Assembly: GCA_022605425.2 (NCBI GenBank)
Contig: CM061246.1
Location: forward strand, 1,674,001 to 1,738,000
DNA from: Hamiltosporidium tvaerminnensis FI-OER-3-3
Lineage: Eukaryota > Fungi > Microsporidia
Reading direction: 5' to 3'
DNA: 64,000 nucleotides
A program made the translations under genes and the position numbers. The notes beneath the pieces are model-generated. The model did no database searches. It was given only the letters and a program-made list of their open reading frames with translations, and had not been told where the DNA came from. Below are positions 1 to 12,800 of this stretch, piece after piece (the stretch's first letter is position 1; every line of letters begins with the position of its first letter).

Positions 1-2
1 TA

Positions 3-2909
3 ATACCACCGGAGGATTGTAACGAATCCATTGGATTTATATATTTTATACATAAAATATCATCTGATATGGTTACTTTAGATCCGAATTTGATTTCTAT
101 ATATTTTAGATATATAAATCAGAACATTGGAATACTTTATAAATACGAATATAAAGAATTAATTAATTTATTACAGATACTTATAAATCATTCGGTAAAA
201 TATTGTTCCACATATCAAATTGATCTGCAGAGCGTTAAAAACAAAGTTTTAAAAATTTTAAGAAGTCTTGTGAATAGAATAAATATATTTAACGAAACAA
301 AAATTTATGAATTTATCGATTTAACATTTGATTTTTTAGAAGAAAATATTTCACTTTTAAGCTTAGAAGATTTTCTATTGTTTTTAAACGAACTAAGTTT
401 TTCGTCAGAAAAAATTGAAAAAATTATTTCAGAGTTAAAATTATTCTCAAAAATTTTAGTTTTAATTGCAAAATTCGATAACCATTATGTAAAAGATTTA
501 AATAATACTGTAAATATTATAGAAAACCCTTTTTTACATCCTTTTTTGAACGATTCATTTTTAAATCTTAATTTTACTGATTTTTTTAAAGAAGCTCAAA
601 AAGATCAAGATTCAATTTTTTTCTTTATTTTTAAACACATTAATTTAATTGAGGATCCGAAAGTATATTTCGATAAAAATGCCAGTAAAATTGATAAATA
701 TTTAAAAATATTAAGGTATAATATTGTGACAAATATAAATAACAATAAATCAATGGAATATAAAAAATCGAGTTTATTCCTACCAAATTTGAACGTTGAT
801 TATAAAGAAGAATCAGATGTATTTATATACCTCATTTCCTTGGTAAGATTATCTAATTATTCCAACATTATATCTAAGTCAGAAATTTATACATATTTCG
901 ACATTTCGAAGGTTTTGGAATTTTTAAAAATCAGATGTAAGAAAAATCCAGAAAATAAAGATTTAATTTTAGATTGTGCATATACATATCTCATATCCTT
1001 ATTTGAAGACGAATTGTATTTAGTAAGTTCTTTTATTTATGTTATTCATTTTTATGACCATTTACCGAGTAATATTACCGAGTACTTTAATCAAAAGTTT
1101 ATTTATACACCTAAAATACAAAACAAAGATAATATTCATTCAAATCCTATAAAAGATGATGATATTAAGTTAAAGGCCACAATTTTACATGATATCATTA
1201 ATATTTTAAAACAAGAAGTATATTTTTACAAAATATTTGCGCTACAATTTTTATCAGAACTTATTGCAACATTCCCTTCTCTGTTAAATATTATAAAAAA
1301 TGATATACATAAGGATTTTATCAATAGATTAGAATTTACATATTTATTAGGTATCGAGTTTAATAGATCTAATTGTAGTGAATGGGATTTATGTTTTAGG
1401 TTTGGATACTTTATTACCGTTTCATTATATAGAGGTAGTCTAAATTATGCCAAAGAAATGATCGAAAAAATATGTTCGTTATTAAATGAAAGTAATCAAC
1501 ACCGTTCTATAAATTTCATTTCATTGATTTACAAAATATTGGCTTCAGAGATTTGTTGTTGTAAGTATATTCAATATCTGAACATAATTAATCCTAAATT
1601 TTATGATAAAAATTGTAAAACAAACTGCGAAAAAAGAAAAAACGAAATTTTTAAAATATTTTTATCAAACAATATTTTAAACATATTATTATTAAAAGGC
1701 AAAGAGATATATAATGAAGAGATTTTTAGATCTAATTATATAAATGTTCTTATGGATCTTTGGGACGCCTTCTTTGAATATAGTAAAAATGGTAAAATTA
1801 AGATTGATAAAAAATATTTGATATGTTGCCTATTTCAGTTTTATGTGCCCAATTCTTCTGATATTTTATTTCCAAAGTGTCTCATCAAATACAAAAACCT
1901 AAAAATTGGTTCCATAAAAATTTCATCTAAATCTGAATTTCAAACATTTGAAAAGCTCAATCTAAAAAGATTATCTAAAATAAAAACCGTGGATTTCGGT
2001 TATATTTTAAAATGCGATCACGAAATATGGAATTCCAGAGATTATGAATGTATAAAGTTTTTCGATCCAAAACTAAAGTCATCAAATAATTTTTATGCAG
2101 TGAATATTAATGGAATAGAAACCATAGCGATAGACTTTAAATCCAAATCTTTTCAAAATAAGCAAATCATTGATTGTTTAAAAAGAAAATTAAAATTGTA
2201 CGATTTACCAGAAGAAGTATACAAAGTTATAAATTCAAAATTGTTTTTAAAAGAAGCTACATTGGATATAAACATTGGCTGTGATCACCATAATAATATT
2301 TTCAATCTCGATAATATAATGTCTGATATATATGCAAATGTATTATTGAATACCAATCTTGTAGATAAAAAAGAATATTTTGAGCCTCAATTGTCTATTG
2401 TAGAAGGTAATTTTGATGAAAATGTTGTTTTGAAAGGTTTAATTTTCTTATGTATATTTTCTAAACCAGAAGATTTTATAGAACTGATAGAAATTAGTAA
2501 AAAAATATTAGATACTTATTCGAATCTGGAATGTTTAGAAAGATACATTGAAAGTATAGCGCATGAAATTGAAGATTCAAAATTAAATGAGGGAAATGAG
2601 ATGTATTTTGGAAAACTCGAAGGTTTTAAAAAAATCGCAACATTTTTCATGAGTAATAAGTATTTTATAAAAGAAGATTTATTATTTGAATTATTGTTCC
2701 TTGAATTATTTTTTTTCGATGAAAATGAAAGATATTTTTCAGGTATTTTTTTTAAATTTTCTGAAATTACTCATGAGTTCTTAAATTGGATGAAGTATAT
2801 TAAACAATCAAAAAGGCAAAACATCGTTTTTGAAATTCTAAATACACAGAACAAGATATCAAAATGTGTTTTAGGGGGATCTTTTGAATATTTTTTCGGT
2901 ATATCTTGA
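3..2909 (+). CDS. N-terminal part of a large HECT E3 ubiquitin ligase (5'-partial; frame open from position 3)
   Basis: 946-aa ORF with no stop upstream of the ATG at 69 back to the window edge. It overlaps the HECT ORF; removing one G from GGGGG (2874-2878) fuses the two (CVLGDLLNIFSVYLEKM). Confidence 0.75.
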   Translation: MPPEDCNESIGFIYFIHKISSDMVTLDPNLISIYFRYINQNIGILYKYEYKELINLLQILINHSVKYCSTYQIDLQSVKNKVLKILRSLVNRINIFNETKIYEFIDLTFDFLEENISLLSLEDFLLFLNELSFSSEKIEKIISELKLFSKILVLIAKFDNHYVKDLNNTVNIIENPFLHPFLNDSFLNLNFTDFFKEAQKDQDSIFFFIFKHINLIEDPKVYFDKNASKIDKYLKILRYNIVTNINNNKSMEYKKSSLFLPNLNVDYKEESDVFIYLISLVRLSNYSNIISKSEIYTYFDISKVLEFLKIRCKKNPENKDLILDCAYTYLISLFEDELYLVSSFIYVIHFYDHLPSNITEYFNQKFIYTPKIQNKDNIHSNPIKDDDIKLKATILHDIINILKQEVYFYKIFALQFLSELIATFPSLLNIIKNDIHKDFINRLEFTYLLGIEFNRSNCSEWDLCFRFGYFITVSLYRGSLNYAKEMIEKICSLLNESNQHRSINFISLIYKILASEICCCKYIQYLNIINPKFYDKNCKTNCEKRKNEIFKIFLSNNILNILLLKGKEIYNEEIFRSNYINVLMDLWDAFFEYSKNGKIKIDKKYLICCLFQFYVPNSSDILFPKCLIKYKNLKIGSIKISSKSEFQTFEKLNLKRLSKIKTVDFGYILKCDHEIWNSRDYECIKFFDPKLKSSNNFYAVNINGIETIAIDFKSKSFQNKQIIDCLKRKLKLYDLPEEVYKVINSKLFLKEATLDINIGCDHHNNIFNLDNIMSDIYANVLLNTNLVDKKEYFEPQLSIVEGNFDENVVLKGLIFLCIFSKPEDFIELIEISKKILDTYSNLECLERYIESIAHEIEDSKLNEGNEMYFGKLEGFKKIATFFMSNKYFIKEDLLFELLFLELFFFDENERYFSGIFFKFSEITHEFLNWMKYIKQSKRQNIVFEILNTQNKISKCVLGGSFEYFFGIS

Positions 2910-4551
2910 AAAAATGAGATTCTATTTGATCAGCAAATATTTTTATTCAAATCTAAATTCTAGTGATCCAGAAATAAAACATTTTTACAAAGAAGCAGAT
3001 AATTTTTTTAGTCTTCTGAATCAAATAAATTTTATAGAAAAATATGACAAATCTGAGATCATTTTCAAATTTTTTGATACGATTCGGAAAAACCCACTGA
3101 TTCCATATTTTATTAATTCTCTTGATATTGAAAATGAGATATTCATTTATTTATTTGATATTTATATAAAAATAATTGAAAAATGTTGTCAAATATATTT
3201 CATAATAAGGCAAAGGGTTTTTAATTTTAAAAAGCTTGAAAACTATAAAAAATATTTTATATCAGAAGATTTTATCTGTTTTTTATTTGAAATTGATCAT
3301 TTTGAATCAAAATTTCGGAATTTAAACGAGAAAAACATTGCAAAGATCGATAATCTGATTTCTTTTTTTTATAGGATAAAAAATATTTTTTCAAATTTCG
3401 ATAAAATATTTTTTAATTTCAGATGCTTATCGTTAAAAACCAAGTTACTGCTTATCCCCAAACCTGATCGAGATCAAAACCTGTTATTTGATTCATATGT
3501 TTTTCTTCAAATAGATCGAAATAATATTATTGAATCCACGATTGACGCTTTTAAAAACTTTTCAAACGAAATATTTAGTCAAAAAAACTGGTTCGTAAAA
3601 TATTCAAACGAAGAAGGTAGTGGCATAGGTCTTTTGTATGAATTCTTTAATATTTTTGGAAAATGTATCGATGAGAGTGATTATTTTGCACCATTTAAAT
3701 CACTAGAATTTATAATTATTTGCGTTTCATCACCAGAAGAACAAAATAAAATCGAACAACTTTACTATTTTACCGGTGTAATTATGGCAAAAAGTATATT
3801 TATGAACTCAGTTATGAGCTTTGAATTTATAAATTCGTTTTATTTGTATTTATTACAAGAAAAATTCAATATTGAGGATTTGAAAGATATTGATTTTGAA
3901 TATTACAAAAATCTTATTTCTTTGAGAAATGTTGAAAACCACGATCCAGATTTAACCTTTGATATTTCTGTAAAAATTGGACAAAAAATCATTTCTCGAA
4001 ACCTCATCGAAAATGGTTCAGAAATAAAAGTTACCAAAGATAATTTGGAAGATTATATTCAAAAAATGGCAGAATTCAAAATGTTCAAAGGTATGGAAGT
4101 ATATTTAGATAAGTTAAAAGAAGGATTTCAATCATTGTTTAATCATTGCTTTTATAATATGTTCACACACTCTGACTTAAAAATAGTAATAGAAGGTGAA
4201 AAAAGAATAAATATAAATGAATGGAAGGCAGCAACACGTTATGGAGGAAAATATTATACCGATCATCAACTTATTGTTTGGTTCTGGAATTTTTTAAGAA
4301 AATCAGATGAAATTACAAAGCGTAAATTGTTGTTTTTTACTACCGGCTTGTCATATTTACCTATAGGTGGATTTAAATCTTCTAAATTTATTGATCATCC
4401 TTTTACAATAACCTCCGATGATAGAAAAGATTTATTTCCAAGGTCACAAACATGTTCCAATTTATTAATTTTACCTTTATACGATCAAGAAGATGTGTTA
4501 TTAGATAAAATTGAACATGCAATCGAAGTTATAAATTATGGTTTTATGTAA
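2884..4551 (+). CDS. HECT-domain E3 ubiquitin ligase, C-terminal part
   Basis: HECT motifs EEGSGIGLLYEFF, NLIENGSEIKVT, WFWNFL, KLLFFTTG..LPIGGF; catalytic Cys in FPRSQTCSNLLILPLY; ends YGFM. Confidence 0.93.
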   Translation: MNIFSVYLEKMRFYLISKYFYSNLNSSDPEIKHFYKEADNFFSLLNQINFIEKYDKSEIIFKFFDTIRKNPLIPYFINSLDIENEIFIYLFDIYIKIIEKCCQIYFIIRQRVFNFKKLENYKKYFISEDFICFLFEIDHFESKFRNLNEKNIAKIDNLISFFYRIKNIFSNFDKIFFNFRCLSLKTKLLLIPKPDRDQNLLFDSYVFLQIDRNNIIESTIDAFKNFSNEIFSQKNWFVKYSNEEGSGIGLLYEFFNIFGKCIDESDYFAPFKSLEFIIICVSSPEEQNKIEQLYYFTGVIMAKSIFMNSVMSFEFINSFYLYLLQEKFNIEDLKDIDFEYYKNLISLRNVENHDPDLTFDISVKIGQKIISRNLIENGSEIKVTKDNLEDYIQKMAEFKMFKGMEVYLDKLKEGFQSLFNHCFYNMFTHSDLKIVIEGEKRININEWKAATRYGGKYYTDHQLIVWFWNFLRKSDEITKRKLLFFTTGLSYLPIGGFKSSKFIDHPFTITSDDRKDLFPRSQTCSNLLILPLYDQEDVLLDKIEHAIEVINYGFM

Positions 4552-4828
4552 TACAGAAGTAATAAGTGCTACTTCCTAATCCTAGTTTTAAAATTTAAAA
4601 CATAATCTTTAAATGAAATAAGTCAGTATAATTCCAAGTTATTGAACCAGTTATTTTTTTTCAAACCATGTCACTGTTTCTCTAAAAAAAATTTAATAAA
4701 ATAATTTATTTGTTAAGACTTGTTTTATGATCTTTAATCATTGTTTAGGTTTTTATCTCATTCATCAGATTGTTCTTTTTTTGTGAAAGTCTCTATGTTT
4801 TGTCTTCAATATTTTACTTAAATTAAAG

Positions 4829-5011
4829 CTACCACATTGAATGCAACGGGTGTCACCGGTGATTACAGTTTATTAAATGTGCAACGAATTATTTCATAAA
4901 TTAACTGTTACCTGTAAATTATATTTAAACAAAATATTTAATACATAGTGAAAAATTCATTTTGATCAAAGAAAAAAACCGGTAAAATTTGTGTGGTATT
5001 CAACAATTTAA
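4829..5011. mobile_element. Possible decayed MITE (~180 bp, degenerate terminal inverted repeats)
   Basis: Left cacattgaatgcaacgggtgtcaccggt versus reverse complement of the right end attgttgaataccacacaaattttaccggt; TTAA at the right end only. Confidence 0.3.
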
Positions 5012-6802
5012 ATCTATTCTAAACAAATATTTAAAATCTTTGATGTATGTTTGCAGAATACATTCTTATTCATTGATATAGGAAAATATAATATTTCATA
5101 CCTCAATCCAAAATCTTTCCATGTGGTCGTACATGTCATTTTCTAACTCTTTTCGGGATTTTATATAAATTCTAAATCATCACAAAACTAGTGAAATTTA
5201 GAATAAAGCTGAATTATTAAATAAAATATTGCTATTATTCCAAGTATAAACTATAGATATGGTTGTAAATTTAATTTTTTCTTTCAAAGTACGACCATAA
5301 TGAAATCTTCTATTAAATATTCGTGTAATCTCCCAACGGCGACGACTCGCCCTGAAATGTTTAATTGATTATAAAAACTTAAGATTCCAACAACAGTGTT
5401 CTGATTAAGAATCTGACTTTTATAAATTGTTAATCAATCTTACACAGCCAAGATTAGTATGCAGATATACAACAAAAAAAATTTTAAAGGTAGATTGTTT
5501 TAAAAAACTATTAGCACTAACTATTTTAAAAACACTTTCTAGATTGTAGTACATTGTAAGAAAAGCATTAATTAATGTTTTTTTAAGTTTTTATTTTTAA
5601 GTAAGATCTAATCCAATATATTTGTTAGAATTTCTTTTTAAGCTTTGCTACTGCTACATAAATAACTATAGAATAATATAATATTTTTTTGTCTTTCGTC
5701 TGAAAAATTTATTTATATTCTTAATGATAATTACGAAAAACAATTATTATTTATATGGACTATGGAATTTTATACCTGATTAAATTAAAAGATTAACAAT
5801 AAAGGTCACTAGGAAGTTGAAGAAAAATGAAACAACAAATACAGCGCATCATTAAAAAACGATTGATTCGAAAAAATTCTAAAAAGAAAGAATACATAAT
5901 AATTCAAACGAGATTGTATACGGAGCAGAACATATCAACCATAAAATATCAAGATAATGCTCGTAAAAAATTAAATCAAATAGATTAGAATACGAGAAAT
6001 ATCCAGACAAAAGGATCCTGTATTTTTATCAGGAAATTCCTCAACAAGACGGCAAATAATTCAGATATGAAAAACTAAAAAAAATATAAAATCACAAACG
6101 TAGCAATGGTATAAAATCCCAATTGAAAAGATTGAAAATTTATTGCTCTGAAAATAAAGTCTAATATTATAAATCAAATCAACCTTATTTTTCTCTATTG
6201 AATGTAAACTTTAGTTTTGTTCAAAGAACCTTAAATATTCATTACAAATAACATCTGACATTTAAAAAATATCTCTTTTTTTTAGTTTCAACAATTTCAA
6301 GAAAATCCTGAAAAGATTAACTGTATCTAAAGCCAATCAAAAAAGTTTTTTTTTGACTTTTAAAATTATTATTCCGAATTTTGACATCAGTTTTTATTTA
6401 TGATCAAGTATAAGTTTAAAAAATATTTTTAAAATATATCATAGTGCTTCAAAACATAAATATTCTAAAGCTGCTTTTGATTTTTGCAAATAAATCTATC
6501 CTTAGAGATATTAACAAGAACTATTTTATTTGTTCTTAAATATTTTTCTTAACAATTTAACCTTCAAAAAATACAACCATTATTTTCGCTCTTTTCATCT
6601 TCTACAACATAAAGTTAATTTTTTATTTTCTGACCTTTCCATGAAAAACATTACAAGGGTAACAAAATTAAGAAAATTATAATATGATGATTTATAACAC
6701 ACAATTTTACGACAAAGCTTAAAATATGAGGTAAAAAATAAAATTAATTTGATATTAAATTTTAAATTATTAAAACACAATTAAATAATTCCTAATTATC
6801 TT

Positions 6803-9800
6803 TCAAACCCAAGGTTGCCAACCAGGAAATAATTTAACTAAATTTTCTATAGAAGTAGCCTTTTCTAATAAGAAACACACATGTGAGTCTTCAGAAAAAC
6901 AAAAACCAGATTCTATACCACTTAATTTTTCCTTCATTCTAAAAATTATTTTTTCGGCATCCGTAAAAAGCTTAATATCACTCTTTTTACCAATATTTCC
7001 TATTTTCTTGTCACATAGTATCCATCTATGCAAAGGATCGCTTCTAAAAATTGTCATTAAAGAAAGAATTATTGATTTTTCTTTTTTTAGTTGTTTAAGA
7101 GTCTGCGTCATTATTTCTCGTAAATAAATATTCCGGGTGTTTATTTCTCTCAAAATATAAAGTTTATTTTCATTTTCTAAAGAATCATTATCGTTTGATT
7201 TATAGTTTAATGTTTTACTTCCTGTTTCTTGTAATTTACTTCTTTTTATTTTTTCTACTTCATTTTCTAAAGAATCATCATCGTTTGATTTATGGTTTAA
7301 TGTTTTACGTTCTGTTTCTTGTAATTTACTTCTTTTTATTTTTTCTACTTCATTTTCTTTTGAAATACTTGAATTTGAAAAATAATTTTCATTTTTAAAA
7401 GAATCAGTTTTAAAAGTATTTAAACTTATTTTGCACATTAGAGCATCTATAAGATTTCTTGTCATTCTGAATGGAACAGTTTCAGGTGTTTTAAGAAGTC
7501 TAGCTTGATCAAACAGTAAGTTTAAATCTATATTGATTATTTCACCTGTATAAGTATCTATTAATAAATTATGACAGTGTCTATCACCAAGTCCTAGAAT
7601 ATAAGTACTTATGCTGCTTATACCTAAAGATTGAACATATTTTCGTTTCATTCTGAAATAAATAAATGGATTGTTGAAGTTTAAAAAGAAATTATTAAAA
7701 ACTGGAATGAAATTATCGGATATTTCTTTAAAGGTAGATATTTTGCTGTCGAGAGAATGTAAAACAACAGAATTAAAAATATTTCTACATTTTTTTAAAT
7801 CATATTTTTCTGGATACTTTTTTTTATGTAAATTATCTATTAATTCTCCCAAAGTAATTGTATTACTCAAATACTGAACAATTCCAAAAAACTTTTCAAA
7901 TCTTACAACTTTATAAGTTCTAATTTTTAGTATATTTTTATTTTCAAAAACCTTATTCATTTGAGAAAACATTTGAAGCGCAATTATATCTTGTCTTAAC
8001 TCATCCTTTCCTTTTATAATTTCTTTATATATTTTACCATCTGATCCTCTGTTTTCAATTAAAATTGGATTATTTATTCCAGGAAGTTTTTTTACCGAAA
8101 GTATAAATTCTTCAAAAAATACCAAATTTTTGTATTCTGAATTTTTTGATATTTTAAAATTTATGGAAGGAATAGGAATTTCTTTGAATGGAATATCTTC
8201 ATTGAAATTTTTTTCATTTCTATAAATACATTTGTATGATTCAATCATTCTTTCAATATTTTTTACATTTTTAATATTATTTTTGAACAAATTAAAGTGT
8301 TCAGAAGAGGATGTAAAACGTTCATAAGTTCCTTTTTCTTTAGACTTTAGTGTATCCATGTTTTTAATATCCATTTTATTTTTTATTGAACATAAAACTT
8401 CAAACACTACATGAATAAAATGATCATTACAAAGTCTATAAATTGTTTTTTTTAAATATTCAGAATCAGAATTAAAATACTTGGAAATTAATTGGTATTT
8501 AGCAGGTAAAAATTTATACGAAGGAATATCTTCAAGAATTTTAGAATTTTTTCCATTAAAATCAAAAATAATCGATAATAATTTAAATATAAAGGAATCT
8601 TTATCTGAAATAAGAGAAAGTTCTGAATATATTCTAAGAAGTAAATGATATGATTTTAAAAATAATTCATTTCGATTTTCTTTTATTTCTTTTTGAAACG
8701 CTATCTCTGCTGTATAGTCTGATAAAAGATTCATTTTAGATTTTTCTATTTTAGTATTTTTATTTTCTAAATTTGTATTTAAAGACAATGAATTTAAAAA
8801 TCCTTCATAAATTTCATACAAAATATTTCCAATTTTTTCTAAAACAAGAATTTTAAATTCAAAAAACGAATCTTTTGCAAAATAAATCGGGTTGAAATTT
8901 ATATCGTCTTTATTTTCAGAAACAGTAAAAATATTTGTAGTTTTTTCATTTGGTACAAATAATTTACCTGTTTTGGATTTATTTATATTGGATTTGAAAG
9001 GTACAACCATTTCGTTTTCTATTATATTTAAATTTTTTAAGCAAGGAATTAAATATTGGGTAATAATTTCAATTGGCTTGCCTTCATAAGTTTTTATTTT
9101 CATGTCTGCTAAATTAGTATTTGCGATATAAAAAATGTGGTGATTAAAATCTGTATTTTTAATAACTTCATTTAGATATTTCTTGGATTCGTCAAACATA
9201 TTTAAATTATAAAATAGAAACGATTTCAGAAAATTGAAAGTTTCATCTCTTGTCATCAATAATTTAATTGAATCTTCTTTTTCAATTTTACAAAACGTTT
9301 TTTCAATTTCGTTAAAATAATCAGTAAACGAATCAGAGAGTGTTGAAATAATATTTTTAAATTTCGAATTAAAATGCTCGGGAGATAGATAATTCATATT
9401 TTCATTTTTTATGGAAATATTTGAAGAAAAAATATTTTCATTTTGGACTTGAAATTTGTCTATGAAAATACAATTTTTATATAAATTATTATTCTGTTCT
9501 TTTATCAATTTAGAATCGCTAAATAAATTATTATTGTTTGAATCTTCAGTAAAACTATTTTGATGAATTTTAAAATTGCAAATATTTCTATTTTTAGTGA
9601 GTATTTTTACTTTATCTTCAATATTTTTTAAAGAATCCAAAATATTCTTTAAATAGTTACTTTGAATATCGGAATTTTCACTGTTTATAAATTTAAGTAC
9701 ATTTATCTTATCATATAAATTCGATCTTGAATAGAAATCACTTTCCATAAATTTTTTGGATCTTTTAAAAGTATTTCTTTCGGAATAAAAATCGAAATCA

Positions 9801-12800
9801 TTCCATTTTTCTAAGGATTTTGTAAAACTATCTAAATTATCGAAAAATATCTTTTCATTTTGTGTCATAAAATCGTTATTTTGTGAAACGTCATAAACAG
9901 AAGGTTTTTGTAATGCGATATTAAAGTTGTAATCAATAAAATTGTAACTTTCAGAATTGCATTCTGAAAAGTCTATTTTTTCTTTTTCAATTTCTTCTTC
10001 ATAATTTCGATTTTCTTTTTCAGAATTAATATAGAATAGAAGAATTTCATGTGTTATAAATGGATTTAGAAGTACTTTATAATATTTTCTATTCCAAATG
10101 TAAAACCTATGAAATTTAAGTTTTCCATTTTTCAATATTGGAACAATAATTTCTTGGTTTGTATCAATTAATTCATTAAAAATAAAAATAAGTAAAAAAA
10201 TTATATCTTCACTACAAAATATTTTCAAAAATTCAAAATAATTTATATTCCTCAAATCATGACCATTTTTCAAATTAAAAGTTTTTTCTTTTAAAATATT
10301 TATAATTTCTAAAGATATTATATTTAAATTGTACATTTCATCAACTGTATTATCGAATTCAGAAAGAAAAAATGTTTTCTTGTCAATATCTTTTAGATGA
10401 ATTAATTTCATTTTGAAAAGAGTTGAAATATCTGAAAAGTATGTTTTTAAATTAAAAAAATCATTCAATAAATCTTCAATTCTTTCATATGAATAATATT
10501 TTTCCAAAAAAATATTATAGAAACTATCTTTTCGAAATTTCTTAATGAAATATGAAATTTTAGAATTATTAGAATCAAGGTTTTTTATTCTTTCAGAAAA
10601 AAATCTAAACAATGATAAATCACTTTCATTTTCTCTATTTATATTTGTAGTACCGCTTTTATGAGTTGAAATATCGAAAACTGGTTCAGAATCTTTTTTT
10701 GGATTATTTTTCCCCATATGGCCAAATTTTGAAATATCAAAGCTACATTCTTCATGACTTTTTTGGATTTCATTATTTGATTTATTTAAATCATAAATAT
10801 GTTCATTCATACTATTTTCATCTTCATATATATTTTCCGAATTTAAGATTTTTTCTTTTTTACTTAAAAATATTTCAATATATTTGTATTTCTCACTCAT
10901 TTCAATGCCAAAAACTTCAATAAATTCACTATATGATTCATTATCTGTTATTTTTAAATAATTTCTAAAAATAAACAATGAAGTAACGACAATAAAATCA
11001 TTTTCAAATTCAATTTCTAATTTTAGAATATTTAAAATATTTTCAAAAAAATATTTTTTAAAAATTCCTAAACACGTATTTTGTTTGTAGATGAAATACA
11101 AAAGAAAATATTTTATCATTCCGGGATCATTTTCATCATAAATTTTTAAATTGTTTTCTGTTAATTTCAAAAAATCATATATTTTTGCTTTTTTAAAATA
11201 TTCATATCTTTTAGAATAGTAAAGAGACAGTTTAGTGTTTTTTTCGAATGGAATAATGTTTAAATTATAAATATAAAGTTCGGCTGAGTATATCAGTGTA
11301 AATATATTACAATGGTTTTGTTCAAGAAGCAATAACATAATTTCTGCTATAAAATTTTGATTTGGAAAAAGGTTTATAAATTGAAATAATTTCTTAAACG
11401 AACTTATATCTCCTAAATGAGTAATATTTTCAATGATTTTTTCAAGAATTTCAAAAATATGCGTATCATTTGAAAAATCACTTTCAAAATTAAATGAAGT
11501 ATTTAATAACTCGTTAATTAAATTTTCAGGTAAAATATTCTTTTCTATTTCAGAACTCAGGTTTGTTTTATTATCATTCGGTAATATTGGATCTTTAAAA
11601 ATTATTTCTTTCGGTTTATAATCTTTTCTTATTTTATAAATTTTCTTTATTCGCAGGTATAACAAAATATCTGATATTAAATTTCTCTTCTCGTTAAATT
11701 CTTTAGAATTCATTTCTTCTGAAAAATATGTTTCCTCAAAATTAGAAACGATGTTTTTTAAAATGGAAATAGAAGAGTCATATTCGTCAACAGAATAATC
11801 ATGTTTGTTCTCACATATTTTCAAGCAAATTTTTACTAAATTTTCCAAATTATTGTAGTTGAAATGGGAAAGATTCAAAAGAATAAAATTTTTCAAAACA
11901 ATTATGTCTTTATCTTTGAATTCAAATGAATCTATCTTGAAATCTAGAAATTTTTTCAAATCTTCATTCGCTTCTAATATAAATGTTTTTCTCGTTTCCG
12001 TAATAAATAAAACATTGGTTTTTGGAGCTTTGAACAAGTTGGTAAATTTTATCTGACTATTTATATTTAAATATATATTTACAGTATAATTTTGAAATAA
12101 AATAAAATTCAGTAACTTTTTTAACTCTTCTGTATCCTCATTGAATAACACAAAACAAGGTGATGGTTTTTGAGTATTTTCTTTGAAACCTAACGAATGA
12201 ATGTCTGATTTTATATCCGAATTATCAATTAATGAAATATTTTTTTCATTTGAAACGTCTGAAGAATTATTAAAAGATGAAAAATTATTTTCATAGGTTA
12301 ATAAAACATTTTCTATCAATGAAAAAAAATTAGACTTTCTAAAATATTTTTGAAAATCATAATAAAATCCCCAATAAGAATAATTAAACAAGATTGGTAA
12401 ATTAAACTGTTGTATAAATTTGGTGAAATATAACCGATTTTCTTTCAGAAATTCTGAAAGATTATACATATTTTTTATAAATTTTTCATCGATAGATTTA
12501 AATCTTATTTGAATAAATATGAATAAAACTATAAAGTTTATATTCTTCTGAAAAGAGACTGAGCTTAAAATTGATTCTATTTCGTATTTATTATCGAAAA
12601 GATTATAAAAATTGATAATCAGATATAATGATGTCAGTTTTTCAGAGAAATAAGCAACAAAATTTTTTATATATCGTTTTAGAAATTCTATATCTTTCAT
12701 TTCTAAATATTTGAGCTTATAAGGAAATATTTTAAAGTAAATAAATACCAACAAGCCTTTATATTCGCTTTTGAAATCTGTATATAAAATTTTTATAAAT

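Noticed and set aside
5800-6100. Possible further RTE 3' remnant
   Set aside because: Too degenerate to call.
7195-12056. Short plus-strand ORFs inside TEL1 (and similar antisense ORFs in SUI2, 40963-41424, 49753, 59120-60296)
   Set aside because: Antisense shadows of long AT-rich genes; no motifs.
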